From positions 224,850 to 288,849 of the forward strand of contig JBFWPN010000004.1 of assembly GCA_050249955.1 (NCBI GenBank): a DNA stretch of 64,000 nucleotides, in the 5' to 3' direction. A program made the translations under genes and the position numbers. The notes beneath the pieces are model-generated. The model was not told the origin of the DNA. It made no database searches and worked only from the letters and a program-made list of their open reading frames with translations. Shown here piece by piece: positions 26,815 to 36,022 of the stretch. This DNA is from Vicinamibacterales bacterium (GTDB lineage: Bacteria > Acidobacteriota > Vicinamibacteria > Vicinamibacterales > CAVVIG01). Positions within the stretch are counted from its first letter, which is position 1, and every line of letters begins with the position of its first letter.

Positions 26815-26848
26815 ACACACCTCGCCCCGGTGCGCGCCTCCTCGTCAT

Positions 26849-26866
26849 GTCCGCCTTCAGGCGGAC
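26849..26866 (-). terminator. GC hairpin after 26873..27523 (no U-tract)
   Basis: GTCCGCC-TTCA-GGCGGAC, a few nt beyond the stop codon of the minus-strand gene. Confidence 0.35.
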
Positions 26867-26872
26867 CACCCC

Positions 26873-27523
26873 TCAGATCTTGACGTAGGTGACGCCCTTC
26901 TCCTGCACCAGTCCGAGCGCCATCACGTGCGACGGCACGATGCGCACGCCGGGGTTCAGCCCGGCTTCCAGATCCGCGCGCACCTCCGCCACCGCCAGCC
27001 TGCGCGCGGTGGCGAGCTGCTGCGCCACGCCATTCAGCGCAATCGCGCACTGCCAGAAGATGGTGCCCCGCGCCTGCAGCGCCTTCACGCCCAGCGTCGG
27101 CTCGTCCATGTAGATGTTGCGGACGGCGTGCGCCTTCGTGGCCGGGTCGATGATGTTCGAGCGTTCGCCCAGCGCATACTTCTCCCACAGCCGGTCCGAG
27201 GCGTTGATGGCGAAGGCGGTGCCCGAGATGCCGACCACGGTGCGCACCACCGGGTGCTCCTGCTTGTAGACGTTCCGGAAGGCGTCCATGTAATTGCGCG
27301 GCAGACGCAGCGGCGGCGGCTGGCCGGCGGGGTTGGTGTCGGCCATGTCGAAGACCTGCATGTGCGTGCCCTTCAGGTCGTCGATCCATCGCAGGTCGAA
27401 ACCCTTCGGCGTGGCGGGCGCCTGCGCGGCTTCGGCGCCGGTGGCTTCGAGCGCCGACAGACCGGCGAAGGCGGACAACACCGAGATGAACGACCGGCGG
27501 CTCTGACGGGGCTGCTTGGACAT
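26873..27523 (-). CDS. Tat-exported protein of unknown function (possibly DsrE/YchN-like fold)
   Basis: ORF trimmed to ATG 27523, preceded by GAAGGAG. Twin-arginine motif 'SRRSFISVLSAFAG'. The fold guess is weak. Confidence 0.7.
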   Translation of the reverse strand: MSKQPRQSRRSFISVLSAFAGLSALEATGAEAAQAPATPKGFDLRWIDDLKGTHMQVFDMADTNPAGQPPPLRLPRNYMDAFRNVYKQEHPVVRTVVGISGTAFAINASDRLWEKYALGERSNIIDPATKAHAVRNIYMDEPTLGVKALQARGTIFWQCAIALNGVAQQLATARRLAVAEVRADLEAGLNPGVRIVPSHVMALGLVQEKGVTYVKI

Positions 27524-27725
27524 GGACAGGCTCCTTCGACGCGTGGGCGCGCCGTGACTGGACGGGACATTGTGGCAGAGGACGGGAGGGGCGGGAAGGG
27601 GACGGGGGGCGGGAAGGGCGGGAGGGGGATTGGGCAGGGTTGGCGTGGCGGGTGGGCTGAGTGGCACTAGGATCGGGCGGTGCGCGCGCGCCGAGCCTCT
27701 GCGTCGCGCGTCAGGGAGATGACTG

Positions 27726-28121
27726 ATGGCAACCGTTCCGTTGATTGAGTACGACCAGGCGCCGCCCGAGGTGCGGGCGGTGTTCGACGACATCAAGCGC
27801 ACGCGCAAGGTCGACGATGTGAACAACTTCTGGAAGGCGCTGGCGAACGACCCGGTCACGCTGAAGCGCACGTGGGAGTCGGCACGCGACGTGATGCAGG
27901 CCGGCGCGCTCGATGCCCTGACGAAGGAGCTGATCTACATCGCCGTGTCCGTGACGAACGGCTGCGAGTACTGCACCTACTCGCACACCGCCGCTGCGGT
28001 GGCGAAGGGGATGACGCCGGCGCAGCATGGCGAACTGCTGGCCGTCGTCGGCATGGCCAACCAGACCAATGCGCTCGTGAACGGGCTGCGCGTGCCTGTG
28101 GATCCGCAGTTCGTGAAGTAG
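27726..28121 (+). CDS. carboxymuconolactone decarboxylase (AhpD-like) family protein
   Basis: 131 aa. 'ELIYIAVSVTNGCEYCTYSH' CxxC signature of the CMD/AhpD family. Confidence 0.85.
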   Translation: MATVPLIEYDQAPPEVRAVFDDIKRTRKVDDVNNFWKALANDPVTLKRTWESARDVMQAGALDALTKELIYIAVSVTNGCEYCTYSHTAAAVAKGMTPAQHGELLAVVGMANQTNALVNGLRVPVDPQFVK

Positions 28122-28178
28122 CGCCCTGCGTCGGCGCGGGCGAGCGGGCGTGCGACGAGCGCACGTCGTTCGCGGCGG

Positions 28179-28262
28179 TCAGCAGCCTCCCTGCGAGAGC
28201 AAGTACCACACGGCAATGACACTGAACGGCACACCCAGCAGCCACGCGGCGATGTAGCGCAT
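28179..28262 (-). CDS. 27-aa hydrophobic peptide (MRYIAAWLLGVPFSVIAVWYLLSQGGC)
   Basis: ATG 28262 is preceded at 7 nt by AGGAGG. It has a single TM helix. The longer ORF 28179..28424 has no supported start. Confidence 0.5.
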   Translation of the reverse strand: MRYIAAWLLGVPFSVIAVWYLLSQGGC

Positions 28263-28409
28263 CGAGTTCCTCCTGAGGGAGCTGGAGCAATCTCCGATCC
28301 AGTGGGGGGGCGTGTGCGGGGGCCGGCGTGTCCGAGTCCCTCGACGTGGCCGTGGGGTGGAAGCGCCGTGAGGGAGCGCAGGCGTGCCCTTCCTGAGAGA
28401 GGGGTAACA

Positions 28410-29678
28410 CCGTATTCCGGACACATGGGTGACACTTTCTGCCCTCTTCGAAAGGAGGAGAGGGCATGCCGTGGAAGGAGTGTCACGTCATGGACGAGCG
28501 GCTGCGGTTTGTGGCCCGGCTACTCGAGGGCGAGATGATGGCCCCGCTGTGTACCGAGTTCGGCATCTCCCGCAAGACGGGCTACAGAATCTTCGAGCGC
28601 TACAAGGACTGCGGCGTGGCGGCGTTCACCGATCGCAGTCGACGTCCCTACCGTCAGGCCAATCGCCTCCCGCCGCAGGTCGAAGCGGTGATTGTGCGGC
28701 TCAAGCGGGAGTATCCGGGCTGGGGCGCCCCCAAGATTCGCGAGAAACTGCGGCGGGAGCTCAGTGGTCCCCACCTGCCCGCGATTAGCACCGTGCACGC
28801 GGTGCTCGACCGGCACGGCCTGGTGCAGCATCGGCGGCGAGGCCGTCCGCGGGCCACCGGTACGGCGCTGTCCCGGCCGCTCGCGCCCAACGCCCTCTGG
28901 TGCGCCGACTACAAGGGCGAATTCCGGCTCGGCGACCGCCGGTACTGTTATCCGCTGACCATCACCGACTTCGCCAGTCGCTACCTGCTCACCTGTGAAG
29001 CGCTGTTGACGACACAAGAGCAGTTTGCCTTCACCGTCTTCGAGCGCACGTTCAAAGACTTCGGCTTGCCGGACACCATTCGCACCGATAACGGTGTGCC
29101 CTTCGCGTCGGCGCACGCGCTCTATGGCTTGAGCAAACTGTCGGTGTGGTGGTTACGGCTGGGGATTCAGATCGAGCGCAGCAAGCCGGGGCACCCGCAA
29201 GACAACGGGCGGCACGAGCGCATGCACTTGACGCTGAAGAAGGAAGCCACCAAGCCGGCCGCCGCGAACGTGCTGCAGCAGCAGGCCCGCTTCGATACCT
29301 GGATGGCGCAGTACAACCGTGACCGGCCGCATCAGGCTCTCGGGATGAAGGTGCCGGCCGACCTCTACACCCGCGCCACGCGGGCGTATCACGGCCTCGA
29401 CGAGCTGACCTACCCCTTCCATGACGACACGGTCACCGTCACGCAATGCGGCCGGATCTGCTTCAAGGCGCGCAAGATCAACCTCAGTCATGTCTTCGCG
29501 GGACAGAACGTCGGCGTGACGCAGGTCGGCGATCACGTCTGGCTCGTGACCTTCATGCGCTACGATTTGGGGTATTTCGACGACGAGACGTGCCGGCTGG
29601 AACCGATCGAGAATCCGTTCACCCCGAAACTGTTACCCATGTCTTCGGAATGAACTGTTACCCATGTGTCCAGAACGG
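28410..29678 (+). mobile_element. IS481-family insertion sequence (boundaries approximate)
   Basis: Imperfect ~25-bp terminal inverted repeats: left CCGTATTCCGGACACATGGGTGACAC, and the reverse complement of the right end CCGTTCTGGACACATGGGTAACAG. They flank a single rve transposase gene. No target-site duplication could be defined. Confidence 0.6.
28466..29653 (+). CDS. IS481-family DDE transposase (HTH + rve integrase core)
   Basis: 395 aa. The N-terminal 'MPWKE..MDERLRFV....GISRKTGY' HTH is typical of this IS481 subgroup. 'DNG.PF' and 'PGHPQDNGRHERMH' rve core. RBS AAGGAGGAG. Confidence 0.9.
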   Translation: MPWKECHVMDERLRFVARLLEGEMMAPLCTEFGISRKTGYRIFERYKDCGVAAFTDRSRRPYRQANRLPPQVEAVIVRLKREYPGWGAPKIREKLRRELSGPHLPAISTVHAVLDRHGLVQHRRRGRPRATGTALSRPLAPNALWCADYKGEFRLGDRRYCYPLTITDFASRYLLTCEALLTTQEQFAFTVFERTFKDFGLPDTIRTDNGVPFASAHALYGLSKLSVWWLRLGIQIERSKPGHPQDNGRHERMHLTLKKEATKPAAANVLQQQARFDTWMAQYNRDRPHQALGMKVPADLYTRATRAYHGLDELTYPFHDDTVTVTQCGRICFKARKINLSHVFAGQNVGVTQVGDHVWLVTFMRYDLGYFDDETCRLEPIENPFTPKLLPMSSE

Positions 29679-29690
29679 ACCGCGACCGAG

Positions 29691-29767
29691 TGGCGCGCCC
29701 AGCAGGACTCGAACCTGCGACCCCCGGCTTAGAAGGCCGGTGCTCTATCCAGCTGAGCTATGGGCGC
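29691..29767 (-). tRNA. tRNA-Arg (anticodon TCT), CCA encoded
   Basis: The minus strand reads GCGCCCATAGCTCAGCTGGATAGAGCACCGGCCTTCTAAGCCGGGGGTCGCAGGTTCGAGTCCTGCTGGGCGCGCCA. Full cloverleaf with 7-bp acceptor stem. Anticodon loop is CTTCTAA. Confidence 0.95.
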
Positions 29768-29802
29768 TCGACGTGCCAGTGTAGCAAGGGCACGCCTGTT
29801 CT

Positions 29803-31668
29803 TCACGCGGTCAGGTACCGCGCGGCGACCCATGCTTCGAACCGGTCGCACATCGCGTCCTCGCCCTGGCTCGAGTCCGCGATCAACTCCGCGCCGTGCA
29901 CCACGCGGATGGTCGCGTCCAGCGACGGCGCCTCGTCCGCCGTGTCCGGCGACTCCGCGGCAATCGACATCATCGTCTGCGCCGCGGTCCACACCTCGTC
30001 GGCCGAGAGGTTGACGTCCTCCGCCAGGTAGCTGGCGGAGAACCCTTCGCCCGTGAGGTTGCGCAGCGTCTCGTTGTGCGTGACGCTGTTGCCGGGCGCC
30101 CAGTAGTACCGGCTCAGGTCCGGGCCGATGGCAGGGTTGTCCGTGAGGAACCCGTCGCGCTCGAAGAAGAACGCACGCGTCTGCGCCACCGCCATCTCCG
30201 CGAGCAGGTAGCCCTGGTACGACGCCGCCGACTCCTGGTTCAACAGGTGCGGAATCGCCAGCGTGGGCCGCGGATGCTCGAAGCCCATCACCCGCACCTC
30301 GGTCTCGCGCGCGAGCTGCAGCACCCGCGCCGGCGTGCGCTCGGCGTCGGCCATCGCATAGAGCGTCGACTCGAAGTAGGGCACCACCGCCAGCGACCGC
30401 GTCTCGACGGTGCGGTAGCCCTGCCGGCTCGCGATGTGATCGCGGATCACGTCGTCGGGCATCGGATCGCCGTGCCGGTTCAGCGCGTACGTCTTCAGCC
30501 AGTCGGCGTCGTCCAGCAGGCTGTCGCAGAACATCGACTGCGTCTCGGCATAGGCCATCGACGTGGGTGCGTACTCCTGCGAGAAGCAGGGGGCGTTCTG
30601 GACCACGTTCGCGAAGTGCGCCGCATGCCCCCCCTCGTGGAAGAGGGTCATGATGGCGCGGCTGCCGCTACCCACCTGATCGGGCTTGGCCACCGACGTG
30701 AAGTTGATGTGACCGGGAATCCACTCGCCCCGCTCGTTCACCCATGCGGGGACCGGCGAGTGACAGAAGCCGTTGTCGAACTTGCCGGGCCGCTCCACCA
30801 GGTCGAGCTGCATGGTCGCGCCGCGGAAGCCGATGTGCAGGCGCCGGAAGCTCTTCACCCACCGCCGGAGCGCCGACGCGAAGGACAGGTACTCGTCCAT
30901 GCGGCGCGTGACGTCGCCGATGGCCATGTACCGGAGGTTCCACGGCGACGACACCGCGTCGCCATGCACGGCACGCCGCACGGCCATGGCCCGCGTGTTC
31001 GCCGCGTCGGTGCGCGCCAGGAAGTCGTCCATCAGCCCGAGCAGTTGCGCACGCGACATCCGCTCGTTCTTCCGCAGCTTGAACTCGAAGTAGTCGCTGA
31101 AGCCGAGCGCCCGCGCATAGCGGTTGCGCAGGTCGACGATCTCGAGGAATCCGTTTGCCAGCACCCACTGCTCGATGCCGCGCATCGCCTCGAAGGAACT
31201 GCGGCGGTAGCCCTCCACCGGGTTCGTTGTGAGGTTCGTGGCCAGCCCGGCCAGCGAGGCGTCCTCCTCCTCGCCCTTCTCATTGAGGTGCTTCGGCGCA
31301 TACCCCCGCCGTCGGGCGAAGAGGTCTGCCTCGGCCTGCACGATCGCGTGCATCAGCGAGCGCGCCTCGTCGCCCTCGACGATGTTCGCTTCGAAGGTGG
31401 CCTGCCAGCCGGTCAGCCCGTGCACGAGTGCGTCGCGCTCCTCGCCGGCAGGCAGTGTGGCCAGGGCGGCCAGGTGCTCGCGTACCTCGCGCAGCCGCCC
31501 CGGCTCGGAGATGAAGTCCTTGAAGGCCTGCTCGGCCTTCGCGAATCCGGCGTCGTCCTGGCTCAGGCCCATGTAGGTGGCCCAGAAGAGCTCCTCCTTG
31601 GCCTGGTGGACGGCGGCGTAGTCGCGATTCAGCGCGTCGAAGCATGTGCGGGCGGCGGCGAGTGACAT
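29803..31668 (-). CDS. M3-family zinc oligoendopeptidase (PepF-like)
   Basis: 621 aa. HEGGHAAH (HExxH) motif, with overall length and organisation typical of the M3B family. Confidence 0.8.
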   Translation of the reverse strand: MSLAAARTCFDALNRDYAAVHQAKEELFWATYMGLSQDDAGFAKAEQAFKDFISEPGRLREVREHLAALATLPAGEERDALVHGLTGWQATFEANIVEGDEARSLMHAIVQAEADLFARRRGYAPKHLNEKGEEEDASLAGLATNLTTNPVEGYRRSSFEAMRGIEQWVLANGFLEIVDLRNRYARALGFSDYFEFKLRKNERMSRAQLLGLMDDFLARTDAANTRAMAVRRAVHGDAVSSPWNLRYMAIGDVTRRMDEYLSFASALRRWVKSFRRLHIGFRGATMQLDLVERPGKFDNGFCHSPVPAWVNERGEWIPGHINFTSVAKPDQVGSGSRAIMTLFHEGGHAAHFANVVQNAPCFSQEYAPTSMAYAETQSMFCDSLLDDADWLKTYALNRHGDPMPDDVIRDHIASRQGYRTVETRSLAVVPYFESTLYAMADAERTPARVLQLARETEVRVMGFEHPRPTLAIPHLLNQESAASYQGYLLAEMAVAQTRAFFFERDGFLTDNPAIGPDLSRYYWAPGNSVTHNETLRNLTGEGFSASYLAEDVNLSADEVWTAAQTMMSIAAESPDTADEAPSLDATIRVVHGAELIADSSQGEDAMCDRFEAWVAARYLTA

Positions 31669-31682
31669 GGCTGCATTATGGC

Positions 31683-32852
31683 CTACTGCTGTGCGGTGGC
31701 CTTCGAGGTGAGCACGCGACGGAAGACCTCCACCGCCTGCTTCATCTCGTCCATCGTTCCCAGCGTGATGCGGCTGTGCGTCTTCTCGTAGGGCGGGAAG
31801 TCGCGGCCCACCTGGACGCTCTGCTTCAGGCAGGCGTCGCGGAAGGCCGGCGCCGACCCCTTCACGTCCACGAAGATGCAGTTGGCGTGCGAGTCGAGCA
31901 CGGTGTAACCCATGTCACGGAACGCCTTGATCGTGAACTCGCGGACGCGCGCGTTCTCCGCCACCTCGTCGGCAATGTGCTTCGTGTCCTTCATCGACGC
32001 GATGCCCGCCGCTGCCGTGAGCGTGTTCATGCTCCCGAGCTGCCATGCCTTCGGGATCGCCTGCACCGTGGCTTCCTGTCCGATGGCGTAGCCGAGCCTG
32101 AGGCCGGCCATGCCGTGCGCCTTCGAGAACGAGCGCGTGATGAACACACCGGGCAGCTCCATGGCCAGCGGCTTGGCCGTCCTGATGGCCGGATCGTGGG
32201 CGTAGTCGAGGTAGGCCTCGTCGATCAGGATGGTGGTGGCCGGCGAGTCCTGCTTCACGCGCCGCACGAACTGCTCGATGGTGGCGGCGGTGTGGGCGAG
32301 GCCGGTCGGGTTGTTCGGGTTGCAGACGTAGACCAGTCCCGCACCTTTCGACGCCGCAGCCATGGCCGCCAGGTCGAGCTGCATCGCCCGGTCGACCGGG
32401 ATGAGCGTCACCGGCACGTTCATCCGCTTGGCCATGTTCTCGCAGGTCGCGTAGGTCGGCGCCACCGTGACGAGGTGCCTGTCCGCCGCACAGAACGCGC
32501 GGACCGCCCCCTCGAGGATGGGGCCCGACCCGGTGCCGACGATGACGTTGGCGCGGGTGACGGACCAGGCAGTGGCGATGACGTCGGGCAGTTCGTTGAC
32601 GTGGTCGGGGGGATAGCCGCGTCCGTTCCGGACGCCCAGCGTGTTCCGCGCCGCGTCGAGTGCGCTGGCGCCGGGGCCGCGGTTGTTCTCGTTGTTGCTC
32701 AGGCGGATGATGCCGCTCGTGTCCGCGGCCGCCGCCGGCTCTGCGCCGCCCAGTCCGAGCGCCTCGGTCGGAGCGGTGGTGACGAACGAGGTGGAGAGCG
32801 CCGTGGTGCCGAGACCGAGAGTCCGGACGAAAGACCGACGCGAGACTGACAT
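31683..32852 (-). CDS. Tat-signal-bearing class II PLP aminotransferase (HisC-like)
   Basis: ORF trimmed to ATG 32852, preceded by AAGGAGGG. 'SRRSFVRTLGLG' twin-arginine motif. 'LSNNENNRGP', 'NPNNPTG' and 'RSFSKAHGMAGLRLGY' (PLP lysine) are HisC-family blocks. Confidence 0.85.
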   Translation of the reverse strand: MSVSRRSFVRTLGLGTTALSTSFVTTAPTEALGLGGAEPAAAADTSGIIRLSNNENNRGPGASALDAARNTLGVRNGRGYPPDHVNELPDVIATAWSVTRANVIVGTGSGPILEGAVRAFCAADRHLVTVAPTYATCENMAKRMNVPVTLIPVDRAMQLDLAAMAAASKGAGLVYVCNPNNPTGLAHTAATIEQFVRRVKQDSPATTILIDEAYLDYAHDPAIRTAKPLAMELPGVFITRSFSKAHGMAGLRLGYAIGQEATVQAIPKAWQLGSMNTLTAAAGIASMKDTKHIADEVAENARVREFTIKAFRDMGYTVLDSHANCIFVDVKGSAPAFRDACLKQSVQVGRDFPPYEKTHSRITLGTMDEMKQAVEVFRRVLTSKATAQQ

Positions 32853-32998
32853 GAACCCTCCTTGCCGCCGGGCGCAGGGTCGCCCGGGCGGACGACCAGC
32901 GGAGTATACGGCCGATGCCCTGCCCCGGAGGCAGATTCCGGGGGCGGAACGCGCGGAGCCGGGGGGGCGTCTCACCCGAATCAGGACAGGAGGATTCC

Positions 32999-33355
32999 AT
33001 GATGCGTTCCCGCTCAGCCATCGCCGCCGTCCTCGTCGCCGTGCCGCTGGCTGTCACGGCCGTTGCCCACCACGGCTGGGGCGAGTACGACAGCCGCAAG
33101 CCCATCACGCTCACCGGCACAATCAAGGCGTCGGGGTATGAGAACCCGCATGCGTTCGTGGATCTCGACGTGGACGGGAAGCCGTGGCACGCCGTGCTGG
33201 CGCCACCCAACCGGATGCAGTCGCGCGGCGTCGCCCGCGAGCAGCTGGCCGTCGACTCGACCGTGACGGTGATGGGGTTTCCGCACCGCTCGCGTACCAC
33301 CGAGATGAAGGCCGAGCAGATCAAGGTGGGGGAGAAGACGACCTACATCAGGTGA
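32999..33355 (+). CDS. DUF6152-like secreted protein
   Basis: ATG 32999 is preceded by AGGAGG. Signal peptide ending AVAHHGW, and 'HHGW..Y' is typical of DUF6152. Confidence 0.65.
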   Translation: MMRSRSAIAAVLVAVPLAVTAVAHHGWGEYDSRKPITLTGTIKASGYENPHAFVDLDVDGKPWHAVLAPPNRMQSRGVAREQLAVDSTVTVMGFPHRSRTTEMKAEQIKVGEKTTYIR

Positions 33356-33425
33356 AGCAGGCATCTAGGTATGGACACGAGCCTAAGGAAGGCGTATTTT
33401 TCTCCGAAATCCAGGAGGGCACGAA

Positions 33426-35900
33426 GTGGCCGATCCGAAAGCTCATCGTCTTGTCGGACAGAACTACATCACGCCGGACCTTGTTGCGAAGGTGACCGGC
33501 AAGGCGAAGTACGCGGAAGACTACCAGGCAGACGGGATGCTCTGGGCAAAGCTGCTGCTGAGCCCCATGCCGCACGCGCGGGTGAGGCGCCTCGATACGA
33601 GTCGTGCCCTGGCAATCCCCGGCGTGAAGGCCATCCTCACGGTGGACGACCTGCCGGCGGTGGTGGCTGGTGCGAACCTCGGTGAGGGGATCATCGCCAG
33701 CACGCTGAGCGAGCGGGGCCTGACGAACGAGCCGCTCTACGAGGGGGAGCCGGTGCTGGCCGTGGCCGCCGTCGACGAGACGACGGCCGCTGAGGCCATC
33801 GAGGCGATCGACATCGAGTTCGAGCCGCTGCCGTTCGTGACCGACCCACTCGAGGCCATGCGTCCGGGCAGCCCGAACGCCCGCGCCGAGGGCAACGTGT
33901 GGGTGCGTCCTGCGCCGGGCGCGACGGGGAACCCCGAGCCGAAGCCGATCAAGTGGACGGAGGCCGACTTCGCTGCCGCCGGCGACGGACAGCTGCCGCT
34001 CGGCCCGACGACCGACGAGTGGAGCTACGGCGACCTGGAGAAGGGGTTTGCCGACGCGGCGCTGGTGATCGAGGAGACCTGCGTAGGCCCGAACACGAGC
34101 CACGTGTCGCTCGAGTCGCGCAGCGCGATGGCCTACTGGCAGAACGGCAAGCTCTACATGCACTGCTCCACGCAGAGCGTGATGCGCACCGTGTCGGCGG
34201 TGGCCCGCTGGGTGGGCGTGAAGCCCGAGGACGTCGTCATCATCAGCGAGTACACCGGCGGCGGCTTCGGCAGCAAGGGATCCAGCTCGGTGTTCACCGT
34301 CATTCCCGCGCTCCTCTCGAAGAAGGCGAATGCGCCGGTGATGATGCGCATCAGCCGCGACGAGGAGTACTTCATCGGGCGCGCACGGCCGGCCCTCCAC
34401 TCGCGGGTGAAGGTGGGCTTCGCGAAGGATGGCCGCATCACGGCCATCGACGGCCTGGCGCTGGTCGACAACGGTCCGTACGATGCGGTCTCCGACGGAC
34501 GGTCGGCCGGCGACCATATCTCGCTCGCCTACCAGCCGCTCGCCATGCGGTGGCGCTATTCGACGGTGCTCACCAACACGCCGCCGCGCGGTGCGCAGCG
34601 CGCGCCGGGCGGGCTCCAGGGGATTGCCATGATCGAGCCGGTGCTGGCCAAGGCGGCCACGAAGCTGGGCATCGACCAGGTCGCGATCCACCGGATCAAC
34701 GCGCCGGAAGGGAAGGCCCGCTTCGGCGGACCGAACGCGCGCGGGTCGCGGCAGTACACCACCTCCGCCTTCGCGAAGCAGGCGCTCGACAAGGGGGCCG
34801 AACTCTTCGACTGGGAGAACCGGAAGAACAGCGGCGGCAAGCGGAACGGATCGAAGGTCCGCGGTGTCGGCGTGGCGTTGAGCACGTACTCGGCCGGTTC
34901 CATCGGCTTCGACGGCCTGCTCGTCATCAAACCGGACGGGCGCGTGGCCATCCAGTCGGGCATCGGCAATCTGGGCACCGAGTCGGTCTTCGACTCGCAC
35001 CGCATCGCGGCGGAGCTTCTCGGCGTGCCGTGGGAGAAGTGCGACATCGCCTGGGGCAACACCTCGCGCCACTTCCCGAATACGTGCGGGCAGGGCGGCA
35101 GCCAGACCGCGCACGCGATGCCGCGCGCGGCGCATGCCGCGGCGTCCGACGCGGTGAAGAAGCTCCAGGAGATTGCGGCGAAGACGCTCGGCGGCAGTCC
35201 CGACAGCTATGTCGTGGCGAACGAGCGGGTATCGGCTGGTGGCCGCAGCATGTCCCTGGCCGACGCGGCGAAGAAGGCCATCGAGCTTGGCGGGAAGTTC
35301 GATGGGCATGAACTGCCGGCCGACATCAACACCTTCACCAGGAACTCGGCGTCGGCCCTGGCGGGGCAGGGGCTCATGGGCGTCGCGAAGGACAACTACC
35401 CGCGCGACGGCGTGTCGAAGTCGTATGTCGCCGGGTTCGCCGAGGTGGAAGTCGACGTCGAGACCGGCCGCTACCAGCTGCTCGAACTGGTGGCGGTGCT
35501 GGACTGCGGCACGGTACTACACCCGCGCGTGCTGGGCGGCCAGCTCTGGGGCGGGTTCGTCCTCGGCGTGAGCCACGCCACCGGCATGCGCTTCGTCTAC
35601 GACCAGCACTTCGGTGTCGGGCTCGCGAAGCGCTGGTACAACAGCAAGCCGCCGACGATCCTGGACATGCCGCCGACGATGAAGTGGGCCGCGCTGGACA
35701 TACCGGATCCGGAAACCCCGGTCGGGTCGCGTGGCATGGGTGAGTCGCCGGTGGGCGCGGGGTATGCGGCGGTGGCCAACGCCATCGCGAACGCGGTGGG
35801 GCACGACGTGTTCCGGCGCGCCCCGATCATGGCCGACATGATCCTGATGGCGCTCGAGACCGGGCGCCCGGCCCACGAGCCGCTCACCGCCAACATCTAG
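33426..35900 (+). CDS. xanthine dehydrogenase/aldehyde oxidase family molybdopterin-binding large subunit
   Basis: 824 aa. GTG start preceded by AGGAGGG. 'VTGKAKYAEDY' N-terminus, 'GGGFG' and 'MGES' family blocks. No Fe-S or FAD subunit gene is adjacent. Confidence 0.9.
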   Translation: MADPKAHRLVGQNYITPDLVAKVTGKAKYAEDYQADGMLWAKLLLSPMPHARVRRLDTSRALAIPGVKAILTVDDLPAVVAGANLGEGIIASTLSERGLTNEPLYEGEPVLAVAAVDETTAAEAIEAIDIEFEPLPFVTDPLEAMRPGSPNARAEGNVWVRPAPGATGNPEPKPIKWTEADFAAAGDGQLPLGPTTDEWSYGDLEKGFADAALVIEETCVGPNTSHVSLESRSAMAYWQNGKLYMHCSTQSVMRTVSAVARWVGVKPEDVVIISEYTGGGFGSKGSSSVFTVIPALLSKKANAPVMMRISRDEEYFIGRARPALHSRVKVGFAKDGRITAIDGLALVDNGPYDAVSDGRSAGDHISLAYQPLAMRWRYSTVLTNTPPRGAQRAPGGLQGIAMIEPVLAKAATKLGIDQVAIHRINAPEGKARFGGPNARGSRQYTTSAFAKQALDKGAELFDWENRKNSGGKRNGSKVRGVGVALSTYSAGSIGFDGLLVIKPDGRVAIQSGIGNLGTESVFDSHRIAAELLGVPWEKCDIAWGNTSRHFPNTCGQGGSQTAHAMPRAAHAAASDAVKKLQEIAAKTLGGSPDSYVVANERVSAGGRSMSLADAAKKAIELGGKFDGHELPADINTFTRNSASALAGQGLMGVAKDNYPRDGVSKSYVAGFAEVEVDVETGRYQLLELVAVLDCGTVLHPRVLGGQLWGGFVLGVSHATGMRFVYDQHFGVGLAKRWYNSKPPTILDMPPTMKWAALDIPDPETPVGSRGMGESPVGAGYAAVANAIANAVGHDVFRRAPIMADMILMALETGRPAHEPLTANI

Positions 35901-36022
35901 GCGGTTCAGCCGTTTCCTTCCGCGGGGGCCCCGGTGCTGGCCGGGCCCCCGTTGCCGTTCCCGCTTCCGTGCACCCGTTCCGGGTGCCTGCCTCCCTTGT
36001 GTGAAAAGTCTGTGACACTCGG

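Noticed and set aside
28410-31668. Genomic island or prophage integrated at tRNA-Arg
   Set aside because: Only a single IS with a DDE transposase is present. There is no tyrosine or serine integrase, no direct repeat of the tRNA 3' end, and the flanking genes look like ordinary chromosomal genes with the same composition.
33348-35309. 653-aa minus-strand ORF
   Set aside because: It is antisense to the xanthine dehydrogenase-family large subunit.
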